DNA of 64,000 nt from Cycas panzhihuaensis (lineage: Eukaryota; Plantae; Cycadophyta). Position numbers and translations under genes: made by a program. Shown here piece by piece: positions 13,604 to 26,700 of this stretch (position 1 is its first letter; every line of letters begins with the position of its first letter). The stretch is taken from assembly GCA_023213395.1 (NCBI GenBank), contig CM041465.1, positions 205,289,741 through 205,353,740 on the forward strand, in the 5' to 3' direction. The notes under the pieces are model-generated. The model made no database searches. It worked only from the letters and a program-made list of their open reading frames with translations, and had not been told where the DNA came from.

Positions 13604-14374
13604 TGTTAAATCAAGCAACAAGATTTAAATCAATGTGCATACATTCAAATATACTCAAGAAAGTAGATCAAACATGAAATATAAAGCTAAATATGTAATG
13701 AAAATTCACTATAGGTAAATTAGTTACATCGTGCATCTCTATTTTGGTAGAGATTCAACATGTAATATTCTCCAATATATAAATAAATGGTATAATACTT
13801 AATTTATAAGCATACAACACATAAATACAATAATGTCACTGGTTGACATACCAACAAAGGTGGTAGACTCGAGCAATATTTATATTATGATTAAATTTAT
13901 AATAAGGAGTCATACTTATGTACATGATTACAAATATATATAAATTATAAATAATGAAGGGGTCATTAGATATTTTAACACCCTTCCTTAATAACAACTT
14001 TATTACATCTAATGCTAAGGTCATGATAAAACTTTTTAAACTTTGGTTTACTAAGTGATGTGGTGAAGACATTTGTAACCTAGTCCTTATATGATTAGTA
14101 AACAAGATCTACTTCTCTATTTTAAATATGTTAATATATAAAGTGATGGTAGACCTCTATGTGCTTGGTTCTAACTTGGAAAATTAGATTCTTTGTCATC
14201 TTCAAAACATTTTAGTTATCACAATAGAAAATGGTGGGTGTAGTCTATTGAAGTCTAAGCTATATAAGAAACCTTCTAAGCCAAATCAACTTTGTAGTGG
14301 TATGGATCGCTACTTTGTATTTGGCTTTAGTGGAGAAAAGAGCAACATTTGACTACTTCTTACAGCTCTAAGAG
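13604..14374 (-). mobile_element. 3' end of Copia E1 (RNase H, PPT, 3' LTR 13604-13980), copy 1
   Basis: Minus strand reads TPTIFYCDN*NVLKMTKNLIFQVRTKHIEVYHHFI...QVTNVFTTSLSKPKF (Copia RNase H). The PPT is the reverse complement of cccttccttaa at 13981-13991. Confidence 0.9.
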
Positions 14375-14379
14375 ACTAC

Positions 14380-16469
14380 TATTAAAACTTATAATATTAT
14401 CTTCATTACCATGTAATTTATATATATATATCTATACTATAGGTGACCCTTATTTATAATTCAACTATAATTTGTAAATGCGTTGAGTCTATCACTTATG
14501 TCAATATGTCAAATAATTATATTATTATAAACTTTGGTGATACATCTATAAATTAAGCCCTACTTACTTCATTTGTATATTAGATTCATTTGTAATACAA
14601 AAGCTCTGCCAAATTTGAGCTTCACAGTGTGATAAATTCACCAATGAACCTTTGCATATCTCAATTATGTTTATTTCAGCTTATTTAGTTCATTATTTTA
14701 ATAGTTTATATTGTATTTTGATGGATCCATGTAGTATTTAGATCCTAAAGTAGTTTTTTCATGGTATCAGAGCCATTACATGCTCTATTTAGTGTTTCAT
14801 TGAGGAATAAGTGAGAAACAGAGATCTATTTATCCATAATGGCACCTTGTGCTCTTTTTTTTTTTTCAAGTTTTTTCTCAATATTGGGTGGCCTCTAATT
14901 AATCTAAAGCCATTATTTGCTAAGTTTTAAGCTTGTTATAGACCACACAACTCATAATTCCTGTTTTGGTTGAAACGACTCTATTTTGGCCTCTTTTCAA
15001 CTCTAACTCATTCGTGTAGGCTATAACTTGCCTCCAAACAAAGTTGTATTAATTATAAAGGTCCTCTAAGGCTACTTAGACCCTGTTGCAAGTGATTTCA
15101 TAGAATTTTATAATTTTTTTTTGTTATTTATAACCCTAGGCATCTGTACAGCCTCCATGATCTACAATGACTTTGTTTAATGTCATTTCTCACTGTTAGA
15201 GCTTTAAAATAACCTAAATATAGGTGCCATAATCAATAGAAGTGATCTAGAGTAAGTTTGATTGAAAATGATTGAGATTTGGGCCTTGGTGAACCACACA
15301 AGTTGTCCATTTGGCCATTCAATCTATCCACTATTCATGGAACTTTATGACATTCATTTTAATCATTTTTTGATATCTCTTAACTTTATTTTTGATAAAA
15401 TTAAGTTATATTAAGCCAATTTTAATATTTTTATTCAAATCTAGTTTAAGGGGGCTCTGATTTGATTATATTAAGTGCCCACATAATTATACTTTTACTA
15501 TAAAAGGGTAAATCTTAAAAAACTTAATTATCTTTTATATTTTTTTATTTTGAAAAAAGATTAGGCAATATTTCATTATGATTTGAAGTCCATAACTCCC
15601 TAAGAACTCTAATAGGTGGTTATATACTATAGTTTAGTGACTGGGAGCTAAGCTTCAAAGGGGATTAAGCCCAATCTTTACTTTTTTTAGCTCATAAGAG
15701 TACTTATTATAATTTCCCTTATAACTTTCCGATTGAGAGTTAGAATTAGATGCCATCTAATCTATTAGAAAGATAACTTAGATGGATACAATTTAAAGCT
15801 AGTTTAAGCTTGATTTGAGTCCATTTTATAGAAGTTTTAGGCTACTAAAGTTAGGCTAAGTATTTAAGAATTCTTGATCTTTTTCTCATCATTTAAAGGC
15901 TTAAATTTAGTTTTTTATAAATTTTTTTGATGTTATATACTATTGTTGTTATTAATTAGTTGTTCTAATCTATTTTTTGGGCTAATAAAGTGCTTATGGT
16001 TGGTTTTTTATAAGTGTTCTTCTTAGAAAATGAGGTGGATCTTCTTGGTATAAGCCCTCTAAAAGAGCTCTCTAAACTCTTTAATTTCCTTTTAAGTTTT
16101 ATATTTCCTTTTTTTTTCTAGCTTTTCTTATTAAAAAAACCCTTATCTATAAGTACCTCACCTTAAAATTAATATTTAACTTGAAACATTAATAAAGATA
16201 ATCCCAAATTAACAAGACAGTTATATTAGCCTTGTAAGGGAAATGGTTAGGACCCTTGAAGTTACCACTCCATACATGCCTTTAGTATTTCTCTAATTTA
16301 CTGAGAAAATCATTGGCTATAAGGTGTATAAAGTGGTAGGCCAAGGTGGTAGGCTATCCTTTGGTGATTGAAGACCATGTTAGACTTGAAGGGGGTGACT
16401 GCCTTAGTTGTTAAGTTCTCACTACTAAATATATCACTAGGCATAAGTCCAATGTAGGTGGATCCATAA
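14380..16469 (+). mobile_element. Copia E2, copy 1: 5' LTR 14380-14761, PBS and leader, truncated at the duplication boundary
   Basis: LTR homologous to 44703-45082 and 58186-58575. Perfect PBS tggtatcagagcc at 14762-14774. Confidence 0.9.
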
Positions 16470-16649
16470 CTTTTATATTGACTATGTCTAGGAAGTGTTC
16501 TTACAATGAGGAAACTAAACCGTGACCTTATCTCCTTATTATGTTATGGTTGAAACCAAGTCTCTTATTTAGAACCATATCCTCATAAGTTGATTCCTAC
16601 ACCATCCCTACATCTATCATTTTGTCTCTGAGATTACTCCCTCTTTATT

Positions 16650-17053
16650 ATGGAATTAAGCATATATATTGATGGAGGCAACTAAGGCAACTTGAGGTTA
16701 TTTATTGCTACATGGATTGTTTATGACTAAATGGGTAATATGCTAACTTCTTTGGCATATTCCTACCCTAGGCAACTAATAATAAAGTTGAATATACTAT
16801 TGTCATAGGAGCCTTAAGTGGTATCTTACAATTTCATGGCAAGTTTATTAATCTTTTATTTGATTCCCAAGTTGTAGTCTTTTAACTTATCGGTATCTAT
16901 CATCTTAATTCAGTTCACTTACACTTCCTTCATACTTGCACTACATCTTTATTATCTTACTTTTTAGTTGTCATAATCTAGGATGTTCCACATTATCAAG
17001 ATACTAAAGTTAACACTTTAGTATCTCATATTTTCAAATGCCATCACTTTTAG
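16650..17053 (+). pseudogene. Archaeal-type RNase H (aRH/RVT_3) remnant, probably from a Tat-lineage Ty3/Gypsy element
   Basis: IYIDGGN*GNL...ATNNKVEY..VIGAL...LLFDSQVVVF*LIGIY...DVPHYQDTKVNTLV matches the DG..GNPG / TNN.AEY / DSQLVV.Q..G.Y / HVPR..N..AD.LA pattern. One frameshift; ends in a stop at 17051-17053. Confidence 0.8.
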
Positions 17054-17076
17054 ACCTATCACCCTAAGCTGGTGAT

Positions 17077-17218
17077 AACACTCTATAATAAGTATAGACT
17101 AACTAACACTTTGTAATGAGTATAAACTAACTAAATACTCTGTAGTGAGTATAAACTAATTAAACACTCTATAATAAGTACAAACTAACTGAATGCTCCA
17201 TCATGAGTGCAAACTAAA
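17077..17218 (+). repeat. Minisatellite, about 5 copies of a 28-29 bp unit
   Basis: Unit aacactctataataagtataaactaact(a), head to tail with no spacers. Confidence 0.85.
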
Positions 17219-19754
17219 AAGTAAATAATATCATAAAAAGATTAAAAAATGATAAAATATTCAAGACACAAAAATTTATAAATATTTAGGTTCATGCATA
17301 ATTATTACATTACTCATCATAAGGGATAATAAGGAGGGAAGGATTAGAGATAATATTACTTTCCACATATACAACCTCTAAAGATAAAAAGTGATATAAC
17401 ACATATACAACTTTCAAAACTCATATAATACATGTGTCATAAGTATAATAGTATGGCCCTATAGCTTCCTTAGGCATGTATAAATGCTCATAGGTGAGCT
17501 CTCGTAGCCACCTCCATACAACTATGGAGTGGACCCACATCGCCCCTTCAAACCTATTACCTTAAAGCTACAAGCCATGTCTAACATGACCACTAAGAGC
17601 TACTCTAACCTTCCTCTATATGGTAAGAATGGATATGGGACCTCTTCCTCCTATGAGAGGTGGTTTGTACTTGATAAATACTCTAGCTAGTTAATGGAGT
17701 AGCCTACCTTCTTGACTAAATGATGGACATCCACCAAAGGTGTCATTTCTCATCATTTGTGACCTTAAATTATACATTAAAGCCTCTTAACTCTTATACT
17801 ACCATCTACACCTCTAGCTCTCTATGCATGTCTCAAGCCCTAATAGCTATTGCAAAATGTTGAGTATGGGGACTAAGGAGCTAAAGATTAGTCTTACCAA
17901 ACTAAATGTGCTCCAAGCCTATATATAAAAGATAAGAAGTAGTCAAGGGTCCTCCCTCCTATCCCTCTCTAATATTATTTTCACTACTTTTATATACTGG
18001 AGACTCATCATATAATCTCCCTTTTACCTACAACTTAGAAAATAGATCCAGACTACCCAAGTTTGATTAAATTTGGTCTTAACTGTAGAGTTGTCATCAT
18101 TCACCATCTTGCTTTCTACCATTGGCAACAGCTTCTGATGCTAAGGTGGTAAATATTTCACCATGAGTAATATCTTTTGGCATGGCCAAGTTCTCTTCTT
18201 ACTCTTCTTGCCTAAGTTACTTGCTAGTTAGAATTCTATTTAATAGATCATTATGATTTAATTAGTTTCTTAATCATTAGTTTTATTATTGAATAATCAT
18301 TTAATGAGAAAGATTCTTATTAGGTTTGTTATTATTTATCATTTTACTTTATTTACTTAATTTAAATGATTATCAATTAGATGGTTGCCTCTTGTTTGTA
18401 ATTGTAATACCATTATCAACTAATAATTGATCTAAAAATCCATTTTTATAATCCTATTTAATATGGTCTGATAAGTTACTCTAAGTTTGGTGCATCTACC
18501 TCTAGTTAGAATGTTGCTAAGTTTATGCCTTATTCTTTCTTGCTTCTTACCCTTGTTCACCACATTTTTACCTTCATTTAATCTATGTCTAGGTCATCAT
18601 ATCTTAATTAAGGCCTATCAAGCTAACTTTATTTAATTCTATTTAAGTTTTCTATATTTTTTACCCTTTCTAATTTGTCACATTTTTCATGTTTCTAAAA
18701 ATGTAATAGTGCAAATAACATATGATAATATCTCACATTTTGCAATTTACTTGTACTCTTATTTTTTATTTATACTTCTATATTTTTAGTTTACTCTTGT
18801 ATTTTTTATTGTTGCATATATAAAATTAGTAATAACATATAAAAGTCTCTATAATTTTGGCCTGACTCTTATTAAAATTTATAATTATACTATAATACTA
18901 TATTAGAAATATAGAGTAATATAATAAAATTATAATATGAAAATATAATAGTAGAATAATCTCATGAGTTATATATATATGTGAAAGAATCAACATGAAC
19001 ATAAAAAAAATAATATCACAAGTATTCACCATAAGAGATATAATAAATTTATATGTAAAAAACCCAATGGGAAAAAACCATGGGATAAGATGGAGTTGGA
19101 AGTTCCTCTTAATGATTTGAATAAGTGCATCTCCTTTCTCTTAAGTTCTTAAGTGGGGTGTATACATATTTATATTAATATTCACCTCATGAGTAGCCTA
19201 TTATATTTCTTAGGTCTTTACATCACCTAATTGTATAATTACATGGATGTATATGCGTCTCACATATATCAATGTGTGTGAATGGTAAAATTATACATGT
19301 GTCTATCAACTAATATTAAACAATATATATGTGATTAAATCATACATTCCAACATTCTCCCTTAATGTTTAATGTCTTCCAATCTTCATCTTCATTTCCT
19401 CAAGTGTTCATCCCTTAGTCTTCAACTTGTATATTAGATCTTATAACTTGTATGTATATTTGTATATATGTATCAAGATTCCATTAGTAACCTATCTATC
19501 TGTTATATCATTCATATTCTTGTTGCCTATAAGTATTAACCTATATACCTACATTAGCCTATATGTAGTAAATTTGTATATCTATAATTAATAACCTATA
19601 TCAGCTTATATATAGTCATCTATGTATACTGGTGACTAACTATATATATCTAACCTATAAATATCAACTATCATTCATTCACCAATATTAATATCAATAA
19701 TATATGAACTATTTTCTTAAACATATTCATATCTTCACCTATATAGCTACTTTT

Positions 19755-20300
19755 ATCAACTATTAACTCAATCATCAAATCAATAAATTAAAAAAATATT
19801 TTTTGACTCCATATAAAATAAGATGCCAATTAATAGATGAAATTTTTATGAAGTGGGATATATTTAATCGGTTTATGATATAAAATTTTATTGATATGGA
19901 CATGAAAAATCCCCCTTAGAAAATCACATTTGGTTTAGTGGTATACAACACTAATCAAATGGTAAAGATCACTTAGTTGATTGAATAATTTATTAAATAA
20001 ATGAATGATGACTGAACCTATTTGATAATGATGATACTACTTAGTATTTAAAAAAAGGGCCTAGTTTATTTGTTTATATAATAGAGAGATAAAGAGATTG
20101 ATCAAAGATTCTACCTATTTAATGAGATAAAATGAAAAGTCTCATATGATTATTTATTGGCATACTAAATTAGTTATTGATACGATCCAACTAATAATCA
20201 ACTATTAAGATTTTCTAACTAAAAGATGAAAGTATTTGTTAGTAAGAAATCTAACTAGCCATATATAACAAGAGGTAAGGAAATACATAGTTAATACTAC
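19755..20300 (+). pseudogene. Putative endogenous +ssRNA virus element EVE-B: C-terminal part of an SF1 viral helicase, distinct from EVE-A
   Basis: Ordered motifs: TINS 19759 (TVDS), LIDEIFM 19830-19850 (Walker B), YGHEKSP 19895-19915 (YGDxxQIP), DKE 20088, NEIK*K 20121-20138 (HExQG), LLIRSN 20174 (LVRL), KYLLVRNLTSH 20230-20262 (HxLVALTRH). Several frameshifts are needed. Confidence 0.5.
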
Positions 20301-20475
20301 CTTTTACATCTAACTTGTCTTAGCCAAGTAGTTCAACTTATTCTTAGAGTTAGTTATTTTTTAGATAATGATTTGATGATGTTTGTTTAATAGATACCAA
20401 AAACAAGCCACTAAAGTATGCAAGTGAGGAAGCACACAAAAAATAAGCTTATTTGTAAGAGGCAAGTATAACCTT

Positions 20476-23400
20476 ATAGAAATACTAAATTCTTCCATTT
20501 GTTTACCTTAAAGCATAAGGCCCATAATAGGATTTGCAAATTACGAAGTAAGGAAGGAGACTTAATTGAGTCAGAGGATCAGTTAAGAGGAATAATGATG
20601 GACTATTTTAAAGAGTTATACGAAGAACCTAGATGCTAGGACCTTGATTTGAGGGTTTCCCTCATACAATATATTTTGAGTGTTATCTCTGAAGCCTAAA
20701 ACTATAAATTGATAAAACTGTTCTCTCTAACCGAAGTTGAAAAAGCTCTATTTAAAATGGGGAGGGATAAGGCTCCGGGGCCGGATGGTTTCCCACCCGA
20801 CTTCTTTCAGGAATATTGGGACATTATCGAGGATGATTTAATGCTTGCGCTAAATAAATTTTTTCATAGGAAGATAATTTTGAAAGAATGGCAGGCCACC
20901 TTTTTGGTTTTGATTCCGAAGAAGGAGGAAGTAGAAGTGATGGAAGATTTTATATCGATAAGCCTATGCAATGTAAAATACAAAATTTTGGCTAAGGTGC
21001 TAGTGAATTGTCTTAAAGAGTACCTTCCGACCATCATCTCTCTAAACTAGGATGGATTTGTTAAGGGTAGATAAATTACAGATGGTATAATCACAATCCA
21101 CAAAATAATTCATTCGACCTTTCATAGGAAAGAGGCAGGTATGATAATAAAAATAGATATGTCTAAGGCCTATGATCGGGTGGCATGGGATTATCTATTG
21201 CAATGTTTAAAAGCATTCAGTTTTGGGGAGGTTTGGTGGGAATGGATGAGATGTTGTATATCTAGGGTATCTTTCTTGGTGATTTTAAATAGGAGGCCGA
21301 CATCCTTCTTTCCCAGCTACAGGGGTCTGAGACAAGGAGATCCCCTCTCACCCTTCCTCTTCATAATAATGGCAGAACTGTTAGGGAGGGCTATAGTGGA
21401 AGCTCAGAGGCTTGGGTGGATATCTGGATTGAAGCCATCATCCAATTTGGATAATATTGTCCACCATTAGTTTATCGATGATAATATCTTTTTGAGTAGG
21501 GCTTCCTTGGGTGAGGCCCGAGCCTTGAAAGTTGGTCTTCAGGCATATGAGAGGGCTTCTAATCAAAAAATTAACTTGGATAAGAGCTCAGTTTTTTTTC
21601 TTAATACTTCGAAGAGGCTGCAGAGAAGGATTAGCAAGGTGTTAAAGATAACCAATAGACCCTTTCCCACTTCTTACCTGGGGATACCACTTTTTTTGGA
21701 AAAGGTGGTTGAGAACCTATAGGATCCCATTGTGGGAAGGTTTAATAGGAAGCTAGCTGGCTGGAAAGGGGTGCTATTAAGCTGGGCTGGAAAGATTTAG
21801 TTGGTGGTAGCCTCTCTTCAGAGCATTCCAGCTTACCAAATGTCCCTATTTAAGATGTCAGGCAAGGTTATCTCAATCCTTGAAGGCATTATGAAGAGAT
21901 TCTTATGGTCTGGGACCGAAGATAAAAATAGATTCCATTTAGTATCTTAGGAGAAGGTATGCAAGCCCAAGTGGGTGGGAGGACTTAATGTCAGGAGGTT
22001 GGGGCTCTTCAATGGAGCCCTTCTGGCTAAGACTGGATGGAGGCTAACCAAAGAGGTCAGCTTGATGTGGGGGAAAATTATAGCTAGGAAGTATTTAAGG
22101 GATAAACATTTCCTGAAGGATGAGGAGTGTTGCACCTCAGGATCCCCCATCTGGAAAGCCATAAGGTCCTTGCGTTCTATCTTGCATAGTGGCATGCGAT
22201 GGAAACTAGGAAACGGAGAAAGTATTAGGTTTTGGGAAGATAAGTGGTGTGGCCCTTCTAGGTTAGAGGAGTTGCCAGATGTGGGTAACCTGAAGAGGGT
22301 TTGCGAGGACACTTATGGTATATTAGTTAAGCATTACTAGGAGGGGCAGGGTAAAAATAGGCAATGGAGATCATTCAGCAAACTACAAAGCTTCAAGGAA
22401 GAGATCCAGAGAGTAAAAGGGGTATTAAATAACTAATATATCTCTAAGCGGGCCTCTCCTGATACATTGGTATGGCCCCTATTATCATTAGGGTCCTATA
22501 CGGTTAAAGACGGGTATAACTCGTTGATGACAAGAGAAGGCTAGGCTAGGAATGACATGTTAGCAGGGGTATGGAAATTGGGGCTTCTTCCAAAGGTCGC
22601 AGCCTTTTGGTGGCTCTACCTTCAAAATAAACTTTTAACAATGGATAACCTTCTGAAGCGTGGTGTTTATTTAGTGAGCAGGTGCGAACTATGCAAGGAG
22701 GAAGCTAAGACCCTAGACCACCTCAATATACATTATCCCTATTCTGTAGGAATCTGGGGCAGTTTTTGGTCTAGGCTGGGCTTAGAGTGGGTTTCCCCTA
22801 AGTCTTTGAGAGACCAATGGCTATCATGGGAGCCTCCCTTTAAGAGTAAAACATTGGGGAGATTCTGGAAGCTGATTCTCCTGGTTGGTACTTGGTATAT
22901 CTTGAAGGAGCGTAATAGGAGAACTGTTCAAGGTAAAGAGATGGATAATCAAAAATTGTTCTCCAAGATTAAGAAGGGCATTTTAGAGATGCTTGCCCTC
23001 CCATTGGAGGACAAGGTCCCAAAATGGGAACAAGACATTCTTGATAATTGGGGTATTGGATATCTAAAGGGAGGAAGCGAGAAGAGGAGACCAACTATTT
23101 GGATTCCCCTAGAAGCAACCTGGGTAAAAATTAACTTTAATGGAGTTGCTAAAGGCAACCCCGGGGGTGTCTATGAGGATCATATGGGGACAGTGAAATG
23201 GGCATTCGTAGAGTATTTAGGTATCCAATCAAATCAAAGAGCATGGGTATGGGCTATGCAAAGGGTGGTAGCCACGCTGGATAAGGAGGAGGTATAGAAA
23301 GTGATCATAGAAGATGATTCCTTGTATGTGATTAAATGCTTAAGGGGGGAGGTGGAGGTAGGTTGGAACAATGTAGACATCATCAATAATGTAGAAGATA

Positions 23401-23725
23401 TCCTGAGCTCCAAAATGAGTGTTCAAATCTAACACACATACAGAAAAGGAAATTTGGTGGCAGATTGGTTGGCAAATTGGGCTGTGTCAAATAAAAGTAA
23501 CAAGGTCTGGAAGGAGGACTTCTCAGAAGAGCTTTTGAGTCTAGTTAGGATTGATGCACATAACGAGGGTACAGATAAGGGAGGATGAGATGGCTTTGCA
23601 CTAATATGGGCTAGACCATAGGCCTGTCATAGTCATCTTTCTTAAGCCGGTGGGCTATGATGTATAAGGTTTGGGGACTTACTTAAAACCCCTTCTAATA
23701 TTATTTTACCTTACCAAAAAAAAAA
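20476..23725 (+). mobile_element. 5'-truncated plant L1 LINE (ORF2: RT, zf-RVT, C-terminal RNase H) with poly(A) and TSD
   Basis: Starts at RNTKFFH. Contains KAPGPDGF, IKIDMSKAYDRV, GLRQGDPLSPFLF, FIDD, YLGIPL, CELC..E..DHL, KINFNGVAKGNPG and HTYRKGNLVADWLANWA. Poly(A) at 23716-23725. TSD aagtataacctt (20464-20475) vs aagtataacttt (23724-23735). Many in-frame stops. Confidence 0.95.
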
Positions 23726-26700
23726 GTATAACTTTTACAAATTAACAACATTAAACCACCTCAAATTTTCTCATGGAAAACTAGAAATATAACATTTCTA
23801 TCTATTTTCTTTATATTATTTTATGCCACTATAATATTATACCATAATTAAACCCTATATAATGTTCTCATATTCTCATTTTATATAATCATTTTTTTTT
23901 GTATCTCATGTGCCATAAATCCTTTATAACTTGTGAAACATATTGCCTTTCATACTTGGTACACATCTTCCTTTATCATTCAACATATTAGACATGCTTA
24001 TTACATGTTTCTTATTCTATTGATGGGATACCAACTTCTTTCTAGTAGTGAATCTCTATTTGAGATGCTCATAAAACTGTTCAGAATGGTTCATTAGTTG
24101 TAGCAAATCCTTAGACACTTGTAAAAGCCTTCACTATGAACTAATAAACTTCACCAATGTATTTCCTTCATAAAATAATCAATCCTACTTAAGCAATCTA
24201 TTTATGGATGAACTTCAAATACACCTATATGTTTTGAACATATGGCTCCAACATGTATAAACAAATTGTCCGTATAATTAAATAAGCATACCATCAGTTT
24301 GTTGTAATTCATGCACTTTCATCTACTTCCTGTATGTGGCTTTATTCAACATCTTCATCTTTCATCTTCATTTGGCCCCTAGATCTTAGTCACATGTCAC
24401 TAGTATTACTTTGGTATATTTAGACCTTTGGCTTATCATTCATATCCTATATCTAGCTCCTCTACTAGCTTTATCTCTAGCTTGTATTGTCTTATCAAAC
24501 AACTTATATAGGCTTCTTCTTACTGCATAAGATCTTTCAATTAACCATGGATTTGATAATAAATTAGAATTTATAATTGCATTCTAATACCATATTAGAA
24601 ATATAGAGTAATATAATAGAATTATAATATACAAATATAATAGTAGAATAATATTATAAGATATGTACACATGTAAAGGAATCAACATGAATATAAAATA
24701 AATAATAATCATAAGAATTCACCATAAGATAGATAATAGACTTATATGTGAAAATTTTAGGGTGAAAAAAACCATAGGACGAGGTGGAATTGGGAGTTCC
24801 TTTTAATGATTAGAATAGGTACATCTCCTTTCTCTCAAGTTCTCAAATGGTATATGTGCATATTTATGTTAATATTCATCCCATGAGTAGCATATCATGT
24901 TTCTTGAGCCTTTACATCATTGAATAGTATAATTACATCGATATGTATGCGTCTCATATATCTTAATGTATGTGAATGATAGGATTATGTATGTGTCCAT
25001 CAACTAATATTAAATATTACATATATGATTGAATCACATATTCTAATAACTTTGACCCTAATTTATAGGGTGGCATTACCCCAAAATCCTCAGTGTATTC
25101 CCACTATGTTTACCTATCTTCATGAAAGAGTTTTAGAGGGAAATGGCCAAAACCATGTCCAAAAACCATGGTTTTGACCTCACTCCTCTCTCTCTCTCTT
25201 TCTATAAATACCCATCCATTTTTAGAATAAAAGAGGAGCTTTTATATAATGAAATGTTGCCAATTTTTGCTAGCATCCTTTCTTAGTAGTTTGCCTTACA
25301 TCTTAAGTGGTTTTAGAGCTTTTTTCTTAGTGATTTGTGATTCTTGATTATGGAATTTAGAATCCATATTTAGGCCTTTTCCTTTCTTAACTTTAGATTT
25401 ACTTCTCCATCTATCTATCAGGCCCTCTTATCTTAGTGTTTTATTAGTTATTGACACACTTTATCTTCCACAATACCTTTTATTGTGCCTTCTCTTATTT
25501 TCAAAGCATTAGGAGCAAGTTTAAGGCATGCTGGATATATATGTTGCATTAATCTAAGGATCCTTCCATCTCTACCCTATTAGGTTTAAAATATACTTTG
25601 TATTTATGCTTACTAATTAGTTAAAATTGTTCTTTTATTAAAATATAATAAAATAAAATAAAAGAGTTTTATTTCAATTTCATATCATTTTTCTTAAGTT
25701 ATTGTGGTATCTATTGTGTGAACTAATTTGGAAGATCAAACTAGTTTTGATTTCCAAATTATTTTTCATTATTTAAGTATTCAAAGTTAATTTTTAGGAT
25801 AGAATTGATTTCAATCCACAAACTGATTATCATTACATTGAGTTCTTCCTTCTCATTCCTCACTCTTATTTACAATCCATTGAAATATTGGTAAAACATA
25901 ATTGTAAAACCATGGCAACTATTGGTAAAGAGGTGAATGAAAAAGGAAGATATCCATATAAAGTGGCCATACTCTTCCTCATAGAGTTCTAGTCATCTTT
26001 GACATTCTTTTCTCATTAAAATTTTCTAGTTGCAATAAAAATACTACTAGAATTTTGATAGATCCTCTAAAATTGAATTTAAGCTTTTAATTTAATGGTT
26101 TAAATCATACATGTTATATTTTCTTTGATTTGTTGATCTTAATTTAAAATGGTTTTAATAAAATAAAATGAAAAAGTATTGCTTCTAAGCATCATTGAAA
26201 GATACCTACATCATCCTTTTCTTTTGTTTTATTATTGCATCATCTTTAAGCCATATGAAAAGAGAAAAAGAATGAACACATGTGTTTATTGTTGGTTGAA
26301 GTTGATTAAATGATTTATTAGATCATTTATTAGAGATTTATTCTTATTTGCTTAGAGAAAGAAAATAGTTTCATTTTATCAAGTTGCATTAGATCTATTG
26401 GACTTCTTACTTTCCTTTATTTCTAGTAACTAGATCACAAAAAGACTAAAATGAAAATGAAAGAATTGTAATTAAGATAAATGTAAGAGCAACTAAAGAA
26501 TTCATATTTTCTTTCATTTACTTGTCTCAATTAGGGTGTAGCCTTTCTTTTTTCAGTTAATCTCATAAAAAGAAAAAGGAGGAAATTTTTATTTTACTTT
26601 GCATAGATGTATTAGTATATATTTTATATTTATTTGCATAGTTAGGTTATTTACATGCAATCGTAAATGTCATCCTTAGTTTCATCTTAGTGACTTATTT

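Larger units (their letters stand above)
1..16469 (+). repeat. Segmental direct duplication, copy 1 (extends upstream of the window); partner is 32558-54440
   Basis: Position 1 (tgatttcaaataa) aligns with 32558. Colinear similarity continues to ggatccataa, which ends at 16469 and 54440, after which the copies diverge abruptly. About 11 differences in the first 120 nt. Confidence 0.95.
18901..25048 (-). mobile_element. Non-autonomous Copia-like LTR element (LTRs 24593-25048 and 18901-19354) hosting EVE-B and the L1
   Basis: Direct repeats of about 455 bp (tattagaaat...ttccaaca / ttctaata). Reverse-complement PBS attctaatacca at 24581-24592 and reverse-complement PPT ttctcccttaa at 19355-19365. 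A VPSMKGNMF protease-region remnant lies near 23940-23965 (minus). Confidence 0.8.

Noticed and set aside
1-16469. Duplication as an assembly artefact
   Set aside because: The copies differ at roughly 5-10% of sites with a transition bias, and have copy-specific structural differences.
17077-17218. CRISPR-like array (28-29 bp repeats; also the agatct repeats)
   Set aside because: Head-to-tail units with no unique spacers, no cas genes, and a eukaryotic TE context.
17250-18760. Possible Tat antisense ORF or other coding remnant (also LTR/leader-like DNA at 25050-27250)
   Set aside because: I could not recover convincing motifs or boundaries by eye, so these regions are left unassigned.
21947-23158. 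Minus-strand ORFs overlapping the L1 (also 51273-51608 in E3)
   Set aside because: They are antisense shadows of TE coding sequence.
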